A stretch of DNA of 43,266 bases from a virus (Duplodnaviria > Caudoviricetes), in IMG/VR virus record IMGVR_UViG_3300042814_000014, positions 1 through 43,266 of that record. One strand, 5' to 3'. Under the pieces are notes generated by a model that was given only the letters and a program-made list of their open reading frames with translations, ran no database searches and had not been told where the DNA came from. Numbering within the stretch: position 1 is the stretch's first letter; the number at the start of each line of letters is the position of its first letter. Below, in pieces: positions 34,544 to 42,327 of the stretch. The position numbers and the translations under genes were made by a program.

Positions 34544-35557
34544 ATGAAGATGGCGAAGAAAACCGCACGCATCGCGCCGGCCGTCGAGGCGCCCGTCGCC
34601 CTGGTTCATCCGGACCAGGCACTCATCACCGAAGCCGGCCAGCAGATCATTTCATTCCTGGCTGGTGTCGCCGCGTTCTTCAATCGAGCGAAGCAGCTCG
34701 AGGACGCGGCGCTTGAGCTGCAGGCCAGGGCAAAGGCTCTGCCGGCGCCGAAGACAGTCGAGGAGGACGTCGCCCGGCAGGAGCTGGTGAAGGGCGCCGC
34801 GGCCGACATCAAAGTCGCCGAAGCGCATTGGAACCCAATCACGTCAACGATCTCTCAGTTCCACAAACGCATGACGGGCCGGCGCGCGATCACGATCGAC
34901 GCGCTCGAGGGCGTCAAAGAGATCGGCAACAGCCAACACAACACTTTCAAGCAAGAGGCGGAACGGCAGGCTCGGCTCGAGACGGAGCGCATCCGGCGCG
35001 AGCAGGAGGAGAAGCTCCGCCAGGAGCGGGACGCGGAAGCGGCGCGCCTCGAGGCAGAGGCGGAGCGGCAAGAGGAGCTGAGCATAGAGCTGTCGCCGAA
35101 GGAAATCCTATTCGTCGAGCGGTATGCGCTGCCGGGCCCGTGCATGGGCGACGCGGTCCGGGCCGCGATGTCAGTCGGCTATAAGGATCCTGGCACCTAC
35201 GCGGCGAAGTTGATCGCTCGCGACAAGATCCGCGCGGCCATCGCGGGCAAGCAGAAGGCCGTCGCGATGCAGCGCCAGGCTCAGGCCGTGCGCGAGCAGC
35301 CGCTCGAGCCGGCGCCGGTCCAGAAGGTCAAGGCGAACGTCATGCGCGCGGCCGGCGCTACGGACCGGACGACCTGGTCCGCCGAAGTGTTCGACGAAGC
35401 GGCGTTCATCGCGGCCGTCTGCAGCGGCGCCTACGGCATCAACCAGGACGTCCTGACGTTCAAGCAGTCGAGCGTCAACAGCCTGGCCGTGTCGCTGCAT
35501 GAGGCGCTCGACCGCGTCCCTGGGATTCGGGCGGTCAAAAAGACGGGGGTCATCTGA
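34544..35557 (+). CDS. Coiled-coil phage early protein containing a TerS-like HTH
   Basis: SD AGGAGG; E/R/Q-rich coiled coil; LSPKE..FVERY...GDAVRAAM.VGY...AAKLI; C-terminal TTW.AEV.D...VPG.R. Confidence 0.75.
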   Translation: MKMAKKTARIAPAVEAPVALVHPDQALITEAGQQIISFLAGVAAFFNRAKQLEDAALELQARAKALPAPKTVEEDVARQELVKGAAADIKVAEAHWNPITSTISQFHKRMTGRRAITIDALEGVKEIGNSQHNTFKQEAERQARLETERIRREQEEKLRQERDAEAARLEAEAERQEELSIELSPKEILFVERYALPGPCMGDAVRAAMSVGYKDPGTYAAKLIARDKIRAAIAGKQKAVAMQRQAQAVREQPLEPAPVQKVKANVMRAAGATDRTTWSAEVFDEAAFIAAVCSGAYGINQDVLTFKQSSVNSLAVSLHEALDRVPGIRAVKKTGVI

Positions 35558-35646
35558 TGACCGCGCGCATCTGGCTCGCCGCTTACCTGACGATTGTGGC
35601 CGCCGGGATTTTCCTGGCCGGCGTGCTGTGGGGGCTGATCTCATGA
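35557..35646 (+). CDS. 29-aa single-pass membrane peptide (absent from the ORF track)
   Basis: Own translation MTARIWLAAYLTIVAAGIFLAGVLWGLIS*; TGATG and ATGA overlaps at its ends. Confidence 0.6.
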   Translation: MTARIWLAAYLTIVAAGIFLAGVLWGLIS

Positions 35647-35909
35647 AACGGCCGCCAGTCGAGGGCCTACCGACGCCACGGCCGACCTGCGTCTGGTGTC
35701 ACAAGCCGCTGAAATTCTGGACCGATGACACACACCAGCGCGGCAGCGATCTGTCGGCGAGCCAGGGGAACCCGGTTGTCCGGCGCCAGTTCAGACGCTG
35801 GGACGGTTACGGGCGCCGGCGTGACGACGTCCCGCGGTTCGACCGGCTGCAGTGCGCGCTCGAGTTCGCGGTCGCCGCTGAGGCGGCCGGCTACAGGAGG
35901 GCAGAATGA
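35643..35909 (+). CDS. Small Cys-containing hypothetical protein (zinc-ribbon-like)
   Basis: CVWC.KPL and F....CA..FA; ATGA overlaps at both ends. Confidence 0.65.
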   Translation: MKRPPVEGLPTPRPTCVWCHKPLKFWTDDTHQRGSDLSASQGNPVVRRQFRRWDGYGRRRDDVPRFDRLQCALEFAVAAEAAGYRRAE

Positions 35910-36271
35910 GCATCACCGACAACCCGATGGCGTTTCTCGAGGACGACTACGCGAAGGTCCAGGCCCGCTTGGCCGCACATCCGGAGCACGTCGCGTCACT
36001 CGGCCGCGTCGTCGAGCTGACGACGTTCCTGGGCCATACGGAGACGTGGATCGTGAAGACGATCCGCCTCGAGGGCGGCGATACGGTTCTGCTGCAGCGC
36101 GTCGGTTCGGACGGCGGCGAGCGGTTCGTCCTGCCGGCAGAGGTTACAGCCGCGATCGCCAGCCAACGCGATTACGTTATTGGTAAAGTCCGGGAGCAGG
36201 GGGCAAAGCGCGGCGTCGCCACCAAACGGGCCGGCGGAGGGCCTGGCCGGGCCCTGGGGCGGCGCAAGTGA
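35906..36271 (+). CDS. Hypothetical protein
   Basis: SD AGGAGG, typical codon use, coupled to the helicase gene. Confidence 0.7.
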   Translation: MSITDNPMAFLEDDYAKVQARLAAHPEHVASLGRVVELTTFLGHTETWIVKTIRLEGGDTVLLQRVGSDGGERFVLPAEVTAAIASQRDYVIGKVREQGAKRGVATKRAGGGPGRALGRRK

Positions 36272-38100
36272 ACCCGGCGCCTACCCTTCGGCCCTACCAG
36301 GTCGACGCCCTGACAGCCGTGGAGACGGCCAGGGCGGCCGGCCTGACGCGCATCCTGGTCAAGAAGCCAACCGGGACCGGGAAGACGGTCATGTTCGCCG
36401 CCATGCCGCAGTGGGGCGGCCTGGCGGCCTGGCTGGGCACCTTCCCCGTCAACCAGCGGCGCATGCTGGTCATCGCGCACCGGGAGGAGCTACTCGACCA
36501 GGCGCGCGAGAAGATCCAGGCCGCCAACCCTGGGCTGATCGTCATGGTCGAACAGGCCGACCGCCACGCCTCGAGACACTCGGACGTCATCGTCGCGTCG
36601 ATTCAGACCCTGGCCGCCAGCAAGTTCAAGCGGCTGAAGCTGCTACTGCAGACGATGACGTTCCGCCTGGTCATCGTCGACGAAGCGCATCACGCCGCGG
36701 CGTCGACCTACCGCACGGCGCTGGTTCACTTGGGTTTCCTACCGGCCGCGGACGCCAGCGACAAGCACAACATCGAAGCGATCGATCACGACGACGTCGC
36801 CGTCATGGAGCAGGCGCTCGAGGGCTGGGACAAGATTGCGCCGCGGGACCGGCTCCTGGTCGGCGTTACGGCCACGCCGAACCGTTCCGATTCGATCGGC
36901 CTGGGCTGCGTGTTCCAGTCGATTGCCTACAGCTACGCGCTCCGCCAGGCCATCGCGGACGAGTGGCTGGTCCCGATCTCGGCTTGGGTTGTCGAGACGC
37001 GCTCGAGCCTCGACGACGTCCGGACGTCACACGGCGATTTCAATCAAAAGGAGCTGGGCGAGACGGTCAACAACCCGGAGCGGAACAAGCTCGCGGTCGC
37101 CGCCTGGCAGGAGCACGCGGCCGGGCTTTCGACGCTGGCGTTCACTGTGACCGTCGCGCACGCGCACGCGCTCGCGCAGGCGTTCACCGACGCCGGCATC
37201 CCAGCCGCGGCCATCAGCGGCGAGACGCCGAAGGATGAACGGCGCGAGACGCTGGCGGCCTACACCCGCGGCGAGATCCTGGTCCTAACGAATTGCATGG
37301 TTCTGACGGAGGGGACCGACCTGCCGCGGACCGGCTGCATCCTGCACGCGAAGCCAACCAAGTCGGCGACGTTGTATGAGCAGATGACCGGCCGCGGCCT
37401 TCGGCTGTTCCCCAACAAAACGGAGTGCGTCGTCATCGATCTGGTCGACATCGCGCGGCGGCATTCGCTGCAGTCGTCGCCCGTGCTCTACGGCCTGCCG
37501 CCGTCGATGCTGGCGAACGGCGAGAAGCTCGAGCAGCTCGCGGACGTGTGGGACGAGCTGCTCGAGAAGCATCCCAACCTCGAGATGAACCGACGCATGA
37601 CGCTCGGCGAGCTGAGAGCCTACGCGGAGAAGCTGGACATCTGGGCCGTGCCGTCCCTGGGCGCGTTCGGCTCCGGCCGCGCGATGGACTGGATCAAGAT
37701 GGCCGACGAGGACTATCGGCTGCAATACCCGTGGTCGGACGGGACGGAGACGATGACTGTCTCGAAGAACATGCTGGGGCGCTGGGACCTGACGATTACG
37801 CTTCGGCCGAAGCATGTTCAGGGCGAGGCGCCGAAGCCGGGGCGTCAGCGCACGCTCGCGAAGGATCTCGAGAGTGCGGTCCTCTGCGCGGACCTTGGCG
37901 AACAGTTCGTCCTGCAGGAGCGTCGGTCAGTCATGCGCCTGGCCGGCAAAGATGAACCGTGGCGATCGGCGCCGGCGTCAGGTAAGCAGCTCGCGGCGCT
38001 GAGCAAGATGCGCGTGCCGTTCAAGTCCGGCATCACGAAAGGCGAGGCGAGCAACCTGCTCGACATCGCAATCGCTCGACGCTCAGGAGGGAGGCGCTGA
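36268..38100 (+). CDS. SF2 DEAH-box helicase (Irc3/ResIII-like)
   Basis: LRPYQ, PTGTGKT, IAHREEL, DEAHH, TATPNR, LTEG.D.P, QM.GRGLR motifs. Confidence 0.95.
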   Translation: MNPAPTLRPYQVDALTAVETARAAGLTRILVKKPTGTGKTVMFAAMPQWGGLAAWLGTFPVNQRRMLVIAHREELLDQAREKIQAANPGLIVMVEQADRHASRHSDVIVASIQTLAASKFKRLKLLLQTMTFRLVIVDEAHHAAASTYRTALVHLGFLPAADASDKHNIEAIDHDDVAVMEQALEGWDKIAPRDRLLVGVTATPNRSDSIGLGCVFQSIAYSYALRQAIADEWLVPISAWVVETRSSLDDVRTSHGDFNQKELGETVNNPERNKLAVAAWQEHAAGLSTLAFTVTVAHAHALAQAFTDAGIPAAAISGETPKDERRETLAAYTRGEILVLTNCMVLTEGTDLPRTGCILHAKPTKSATLYEQMTGRGLRLFPNKTECVVIDLVDIARRHSLQSSPVLYGLPPSMLANGEKLEQLADVWDELLEKHPNLEMNRRMTLGELRAYAEKLDIWAVPSLGAFGSGRAMDWIKMADEDYRLQYPWSDGTETMTVSKNMLGRWDLTITLRPKHVQGEAPKPGRQRTLAKDLESAVLCADLGEQFVLQERRSVMRLAGKDEPWRSAPASGKQLAALSKMRVPFKSGITKGEASNLLDIAIARRSGGRR

Positions 38101-38101
38101 A

Positions 38102-38344
38102 ATGGAAACGTGGATGATTCTCACGCCGCGGCAGGCAGAGCTGATCGAATGTCAGACGCCGCGGGCCACCGACAACGGCGCGCTGCTAGCCAGCATCAAG
38201 ACGAAGCTAGTCCGCGGCGCGCTCGACGTCGAGCTGACCCTGTCGGATCATGAGCTGAACCAGGTCAAAGCCGCGGCGCGCAACTGGAAGGGCGGCCACT
38301 CGGAGGCGTTCAAAGGCATCCTAAACGCGGCCGGAGTCTCATAG
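38102..38344 (+). CDS. Hypothetical protein
   Basis: SD GGAGG, 80 aa, typical codon use. Confidence 0.65.
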   Translation: METWMILTPRQAELIECQTPRATDNGALLASIKTKLVRGALDVELTLSDHELNQVKAAARNWKGGHSEAFKGILNAAGVS

Positions 38345-38380
38345 GGTTCGCCGTTGGATCGCCGCTACCGCTTGGGGTTG

Positions 38381-38410
38381 TTGACGGCCGGCAGCAGATG
38401 GCCGTATAAA
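38381..38410 (+). promoter_or_regulatory. Possible sigma70-type promoter
   Basis: TTGACG, 18 nt, TATAAA at the start of a long intergenic region. Confidence 0.45.
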
Positions 38411-38830
38411 ACGCGCTCGGCCGGTCCAGGAGCTAAACCCTGGCCGGCCGATTCCGCAGTCGCTGGGCTGAAGCAGCGAGGCGGCAGGGCCATTCTACTC
38501 CTGCCTCTCGGCCAATCCCAACAACCGCGGCGCGCCTTGGTCGGCCGCCATACGACGCCACTAGGACCAGCGCGACGATCCCCGGCTACTAGGAGCTGCC
38601 AAGCCGGGCCAGTGGAGCCGAACGCTCAGAGCTGGGCAGGGGACGGCGCGCGACGCCGGCGAAAGTCTGAGCCATCGACCGGGACGTCGTCGCGTTCCCG
38701 GCCGGCCTGCGACGGGGGCATCGGCTATACCGGATGCAACATCGTTTCAGGCAGCGGCTGCCCCTAACTAGGGGAGCCTCTGCCTGCTCAGGGAAGCAAG
38801 CGGCAACCCGGATCTCAGGCGGAGGAGCTG
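38411..38830 (+). ncRNA. Candidate structured non-coding RNA/leader or replication origin region
   Basis: About eight consecutive inverted repeats in 420 nt with no convincing ORF. Confidence 0.45.
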
Positions 38831-38836
38831 ATTGAT

Positions 38837-39136
38837 ATGGCTTTTACAATGCCCTTTGGTAAGCACAAGGGTAAGAGTTTGCAGCAGGTCCCGAAGCAAT
38901 ATCTGGACTGGCTGATCGGGAATGGCGATCTGCGCGAACCCATGAAGGGGTTCCTTGAGCGTGAGGTCGCCAGGCGGGAGAACAGCGGCGAGGCGGACCA
39001 GACGCCGGCGACTGAGCACGGGTCGGTCAGCCGCGGCGAGCCGGCCAGCGACGCGGCCGTTCGGCGCATCATCCGGCAGGAGCTGGGTCTATTGTTTCAC
39101 CGGCTCGGCGACGCGCTCGAGAAGGGAAGGGGCTGA
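38837..39136 (+). CDS. DUF3820 / exonuclease-X C-terminal-like small protein
   Basis: MPFGKHKG..L..VP..YL.WL motif; SD GGAGGAG. Confidence 0.8.
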   Translation: MAFTMPFGKHKGKSLQQVPKQYLDWLIGNGDLREPMKGFLEREVARRENSGEADQTPATEHGSVSRGEPASDAAVRRIIRQELGLLFHRLGDALEKGRG

Positions 39137-39615
39137 TGGCGGACACAGACAACGAGTTCAGGAAAAAGCTGGCCGCGAAGTTTCGCGAGCTACGCACGCA
39201 CCAGGCGAAGGAATACGAGCTGACGGAGGGCATCATCGCAATGCTCGAGGGCAACCCCACGGTCGGCGATACCGTCCGGCGCCTGATGCTGGTCTGGTCG
39301 TCGAAGTGGGAAGTGGCCTACAAAGATCGCTATCGCTACATTGGCCCGATGGAGGTCAACGGGTTCAAGAAGCTCCTGAAGACCACGGACCCAGATGAGA
39401 TCGAGCGCCGCATGGCCGTCTACCTACGTCGCTCCGACCTGTTCTACCAAAAGGCCAGGCACGGGCTCAGTGTGTTCTTCAAATCGTTCAACGAGTTCGG
39501 CGCCGGCCAGGCGGACGCCAAGCTCGAGGCGCCCGTCGTCGGCTGTCAGCATCGGCCGCCGTGTGGGACCGACCAGGAGCACACGAAGCGCCGCATGGCG
39601 GAGATGCGGACCTGA
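39136..39615 (+). CDS. Hypothetical protein upstream of dnaB (possible initiator or loader)
   Basis: Coupled to both neighbours by TGATG; H....F....N.F helix pattern and C.H.P.C....H tail; role inferred from position. Confidence 0.6.
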   Translation: MADTDNEFRKKLAAKFRELRTHQAKEYELTEGIIAMLEGNPTVGDTVRRLMLVWSSKWEVAYKDRYRYIGPMEVNGFKKLLKTTDPDEIERRMAVYLRRSDLFYQKARHGLSVFFKSFNEFGAGQADAKLEAPVVGCQHRPPCGTDQEHTKRRMAEMRT

Positions 39616-41051
39616 TGGCCACACGTCCCGACCGTCAAGACGGCGAGCGCATCCTACCGCACAACCTCGAGGCAGAGCGCAGCGTGCTGGGCGCCATCCT
39701 GCTCTACAACGAGAACCTCGAGCTGATCGCTCACGGCATCAAGCCGGCAAGTTTCTTTCGGAAGGCACACGCGATCATCTACGCCGCGATGCTGAAGCTG
39801 TCAGAGCAGCGCGCAGCGATCGATCTGGTCACGATGAAGGACGCCCTGGCTCGCGCCGGCGATCTCGACGAGGTCGGCGGGCCGGCGTATATCTCGGCCC
39901 TGGTCGACGGCGTCCCGCGGTCGTTGAATATTGGCCATTACGCCGGCATCGTTCACGAGCTGGCCATCTACCGGGCCCTGGTCACAGTCGGCAATAAGAT
40001 GGTCGAGGGTGCCTACCAGGCCGACACGCCGGCAACGGAGATCCTCGAGACAGCAGAGAGCAAGCTGCTCGAGCTGCAGGGCGGGCACATCGACGGCACG
40101 ATGGCGACGCTGGCCGAAAGCAACGGCGAGCTGATCAAGACGCTCGACTACCGCATCGAACATAAGGGCGAGCTGACCGGCGTCCCGTCCGGGTTCGGCA
40201 ACATCGACGGCGTCACGATGGGCTGGCAATGCGGCGACATGGTCATTCTAGCGGCCAGGCCGTCGATTGGAAAAACCGCCTTCGCGGTCAACGCCGCGAT
40301 CGCCGCGGCGCAAGCGGGCGTCCGCTGCCTGATCTTTTCGCTCGAGATGACGCGCGAGAGCCTCGAGCTTCGGATGCTGTCCGCGCTGAGCGGCGTCGAT
40401 CTGACGCGCATCCTAACCGGCTACATCCGGGACAACGAGCTGCCGGCGATCACGGAGGCGCTAACCGTCATGAACGGCCTGCCGATCTCGATCGACGACG
40501 GGCGCAACCGGAGCATTCAAGAGATTCGATCGCTCTCGAGGCGCGAGCGCGCGAAGCATGGAGCCATCGGCCTGGTCATGGTCGATTACATTCAGCTCAT
40601 GCGCGGGACGCTCGATCGCCGCGGCATCACGCGCAACGAGGAGATGACCGACATCAGCCGGCGCCTGAAGGCCCTGGCCGGCGAGCTGGGCGTCCCGCTG
40701 CTGGTTCTCTCGCAGCTCAACCGCGGCGCCGAAGGGCGGAGCGATCCGCGGCCACGCCTGGCGGATCTGCGGGAGTCTGGCGCGCTCGAGCAGGACGCTG
40801 ATATGGTCTGCTTCCTACACCGTAAGAACCATCGCGAGGGCGGGCTGACCAACTTCATCATCGACAAGCAACGGACCGGGCCCGGCGGCACGGTCAACCT
40901 GATGCTCGACCGGGACCGGACGATGTTCACGCCGGCGACGGAGGCGGACGAAGCCGCGGCGGCGCCGAAGCTCGCGGCAGAGGACGCGGAGGCGCAGCAG
41001 GCCGCGAAAACCAAGAGCATCATCGCGCGCCGGGCCGGCCGTCGTCGTTGA
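39615..41051 (+). CDS. dnaB: Replicative DNA helicase DnaB
   Basis: PHNLEAERSVLG, AARPSIGKT, FSLEM, VDYIQL, LSQLNR, DLRESGALEQDAD, KQR.GP.G. Confidence 0.97.
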   Translation: MATRPDRQDGERILPHNLEAERSVLGAILLYNENLELIAHGIKPASFFRKAHAIIYAAMLKLSEQRAAIDLVTMKDALARAGDLDEVGGPAYISALVDGVPRSLNIGHYAGIVHELAIYRALVTVGNKMVEGAYQADTPATEILETAESKLLELQGGHIDGTMATLAESNGELIKTLDYRIEHKGELTGVPSGFGNIDGVTMGWQCGDMVILAARPSIGKTAFAVNAAIAAAQAGVRCLIFSLEMTRESLELRMLSALSGVDLTRILTGYIRDNELPAITEALTVMNGLPISIDDGRNRSIQEIRSLSRRERAKHGAIGLVMVDYIQLMRGTLDRRGITRNEEMTDISRRLKALAGELGVPLLVLSQLNRGAEGRSDPRPRLADLRESGALEQDADMVCFLHRKNHREGGLTNFIIDKQRTGPGGTVNLMLDRDRTMFTPATEADEAAAAPKLAAEDAEAQQAAKTKSIIARRAGRRR

Positions 41052-41076
41052 CAACGGGGGACTTGTGGTCAAGAAT
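41048..41076 (+). promoter_or_regulatory. Possible sigma70-type promoter overlapping the dnaB stop
   Basis: TTGACA, 17 nt, AAGAAT; CGTTG-A-CAACG palindrome over the -35. Confidence 0.55.
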
Positions 41077-41148
41077 GGCAACCTTTCACGGTTAGACCGT
41101 TTCATCGAGCGGCTGGGCATCGAGGTCCAGCCGTGGCAAAGGAGGACT

Positions 41149-41376
41149 ATGAACGCTGTGGATCTCGAGAAGGCGATCACCGAGAGCGGCGAGCGCATGC
41201 TGCCCTACTTCCGTTTCGGGCATCTACCGGCGCCGCTACAGCTCTACTCCGAACCGTTCGCCGGCGTCGCGCTGGCGATCGTCGACATGCTGCCAGGGAG
41301 CGCAGAGCGGACGGTCTGCCTGCGGAAGCTGCTCGAGGCGAAGGACTGCGCGGTTCGCGCGGCGCTCGACAAGTGA
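41149..41376 (+). CDS. Small helical-hairpin phage protein (candidate Acb2/Tad1-like)
   Basis: SD AAGGAGGA; F...HLP..LQ..S.PF...A......LP...E....LRKLLEAKD.AVRA. Confidence 0.7.
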   Translation: MNAVDLEKAITESGERMLPYFRFGHLPAPLQLYSEPFAGVALAIVDMLPGSAERTVCLRKLLEAKDCAVRAALDK

Positions 41377-42017
41377 GGATCTACCTCGGCATCGATCCCG
41401 GCAAGACGGGCGCGATCGCCGTGCTGAACGAGGACGGCGCGCTGGTCTGCACACATGCGATGCCGAACACGGTCGCGGACCTGGTTCATCTGCTCAGGCC
41501 CTACGGCGACGAGGAGGCGCGGGCCGTGCTTGAGCGCGTTCAGGTCTGGGCCGGCAACCAGATGGGGAAAGGATCCTGCTTCGAGTTCGGCCGCGGCTAT
41601 GGGCGTCTCGAGGCGGCGCTGGCCGCGGCGTTCATCCCGTTCGACCTGGTCCAGCCGGCGAAGTGGCAGGGCGTCCTGAGCTGCCTCTCCAAAGGCAACA
41701 AGAACATCACGAAGGCGCGAGCGCAAGGGTTGTTCCCGCGCGCAACGGTCACGCATGCGATCGCCGACGCGCTGCTGATCGCGGAGTATTGTCGTCGGCT
41801 ACACAGAGGGAAGCATGTCCAAGAAGAAGCCGGGCACCCGTCCACGGAAACCGGCCAGACGTCCGACCGTTCGACCGGGCCAGCTCAAGCAGGCCGGTCG
41901 GAAACCACGCGATCCGCGTCGCCGCGTCGGCGTCGCGCCGACACCAAAGACGCGCACCAAGGGCAAGACGCCTCGGCAGCAGACACTCGGCAAAGAGTTC
42001 GAGCAGGTCGTCAATAA
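41373..42017 (+). CDS. RuvC-like Holliday junction resolvase
   Basis: GTGA-coupled start; YLGIDPG..GA.A, LE.V, F.FG..YG, V.P.KW, ADALLIA. Confidence 0.9.
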   Translation: MRIYLGIDPGKTGAIAVLNEDGALVCTHAMPNTVADLVHLLRPYGDEEARAVLERVQVWAGNQMGKGSCFEFGRGYGRLEAALAAAFIPFDLVQPAKWQGVLSCLSKGNKNITKARAQGLFPRATVTHAIADALLIAEYCRRLHRGKHVQEEAGHPSTETGQTSDRSTGPAQAGRSETTRSASPRRRRADTKDAHQGQDASAADTRQRVRAGRQ

Positions 42018-42327
42018 GAAACTCGATCGGCTCTGCGCCTCGATCGGCGAAGGCCGCGATGACATGAACCGAATCCGCAAGGAGGAGGTCGGCGACAAGC
42101 GGGCGGCGCTGCAGGAGATGCACGACCAGGGCGTCACGTCCTACCGTCACGCCGGCGTCGAGCTGGTGCGCGTGCCTGGCGAGGAAGTGCTCCGCGTCCG
42201 GAAATCGAAGGAAGACGCGACGGCTGCCAGCCCGGCCAAGCCGGCGCCGGAAAATCCAGGCGGCGACATAGAGCCGGCCGGCCAGGTGGATACCGACGAC
42301 GGCGACAGCGGCGAAGCAGGCGACTGA
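41815..42327 (+). CDS. Hypothetical protein with basic N-terminus and acidic C-terminus
   Basis: SD-like GAGGGA; M...G..SY...GV.L core; TGATG coupling to the MTase. Confidence 0.65.
   Translation: MSKKKPGTRPRKPARRPTVRPGQLKQAGRKPRDPRRRVGVAPTPKTRTKGKTPRQQTLGKEFEQVVNKKLDRLCASIGEGRDDMNRIRKEEVGDKRAALQEMHDQGVTSYRHAGVELVRVPGEEVLRVRKSKEDATAASPAKPAPENPGGDIEPAGQVDTDDGDSGEAGD

Noticed and set aside
38354-38767. 137-aa ORF in the track
   Set aside because: TTG start without SD, atypical codons, and it spans a promoter-like sequence and many hairpins; better read as non-coding
1455-41372. Track start positions 1455, 7980, 29832, 30406, 30930, 31350, 35499, 39561, 41065 and 41133
   Set aside because: Downstream starts with SD, leaderless geometry or stop/start overlap fit better (1485, 7998, 29898, 30586, 31002, 31386, 35643, 39615, 41149, 41373)
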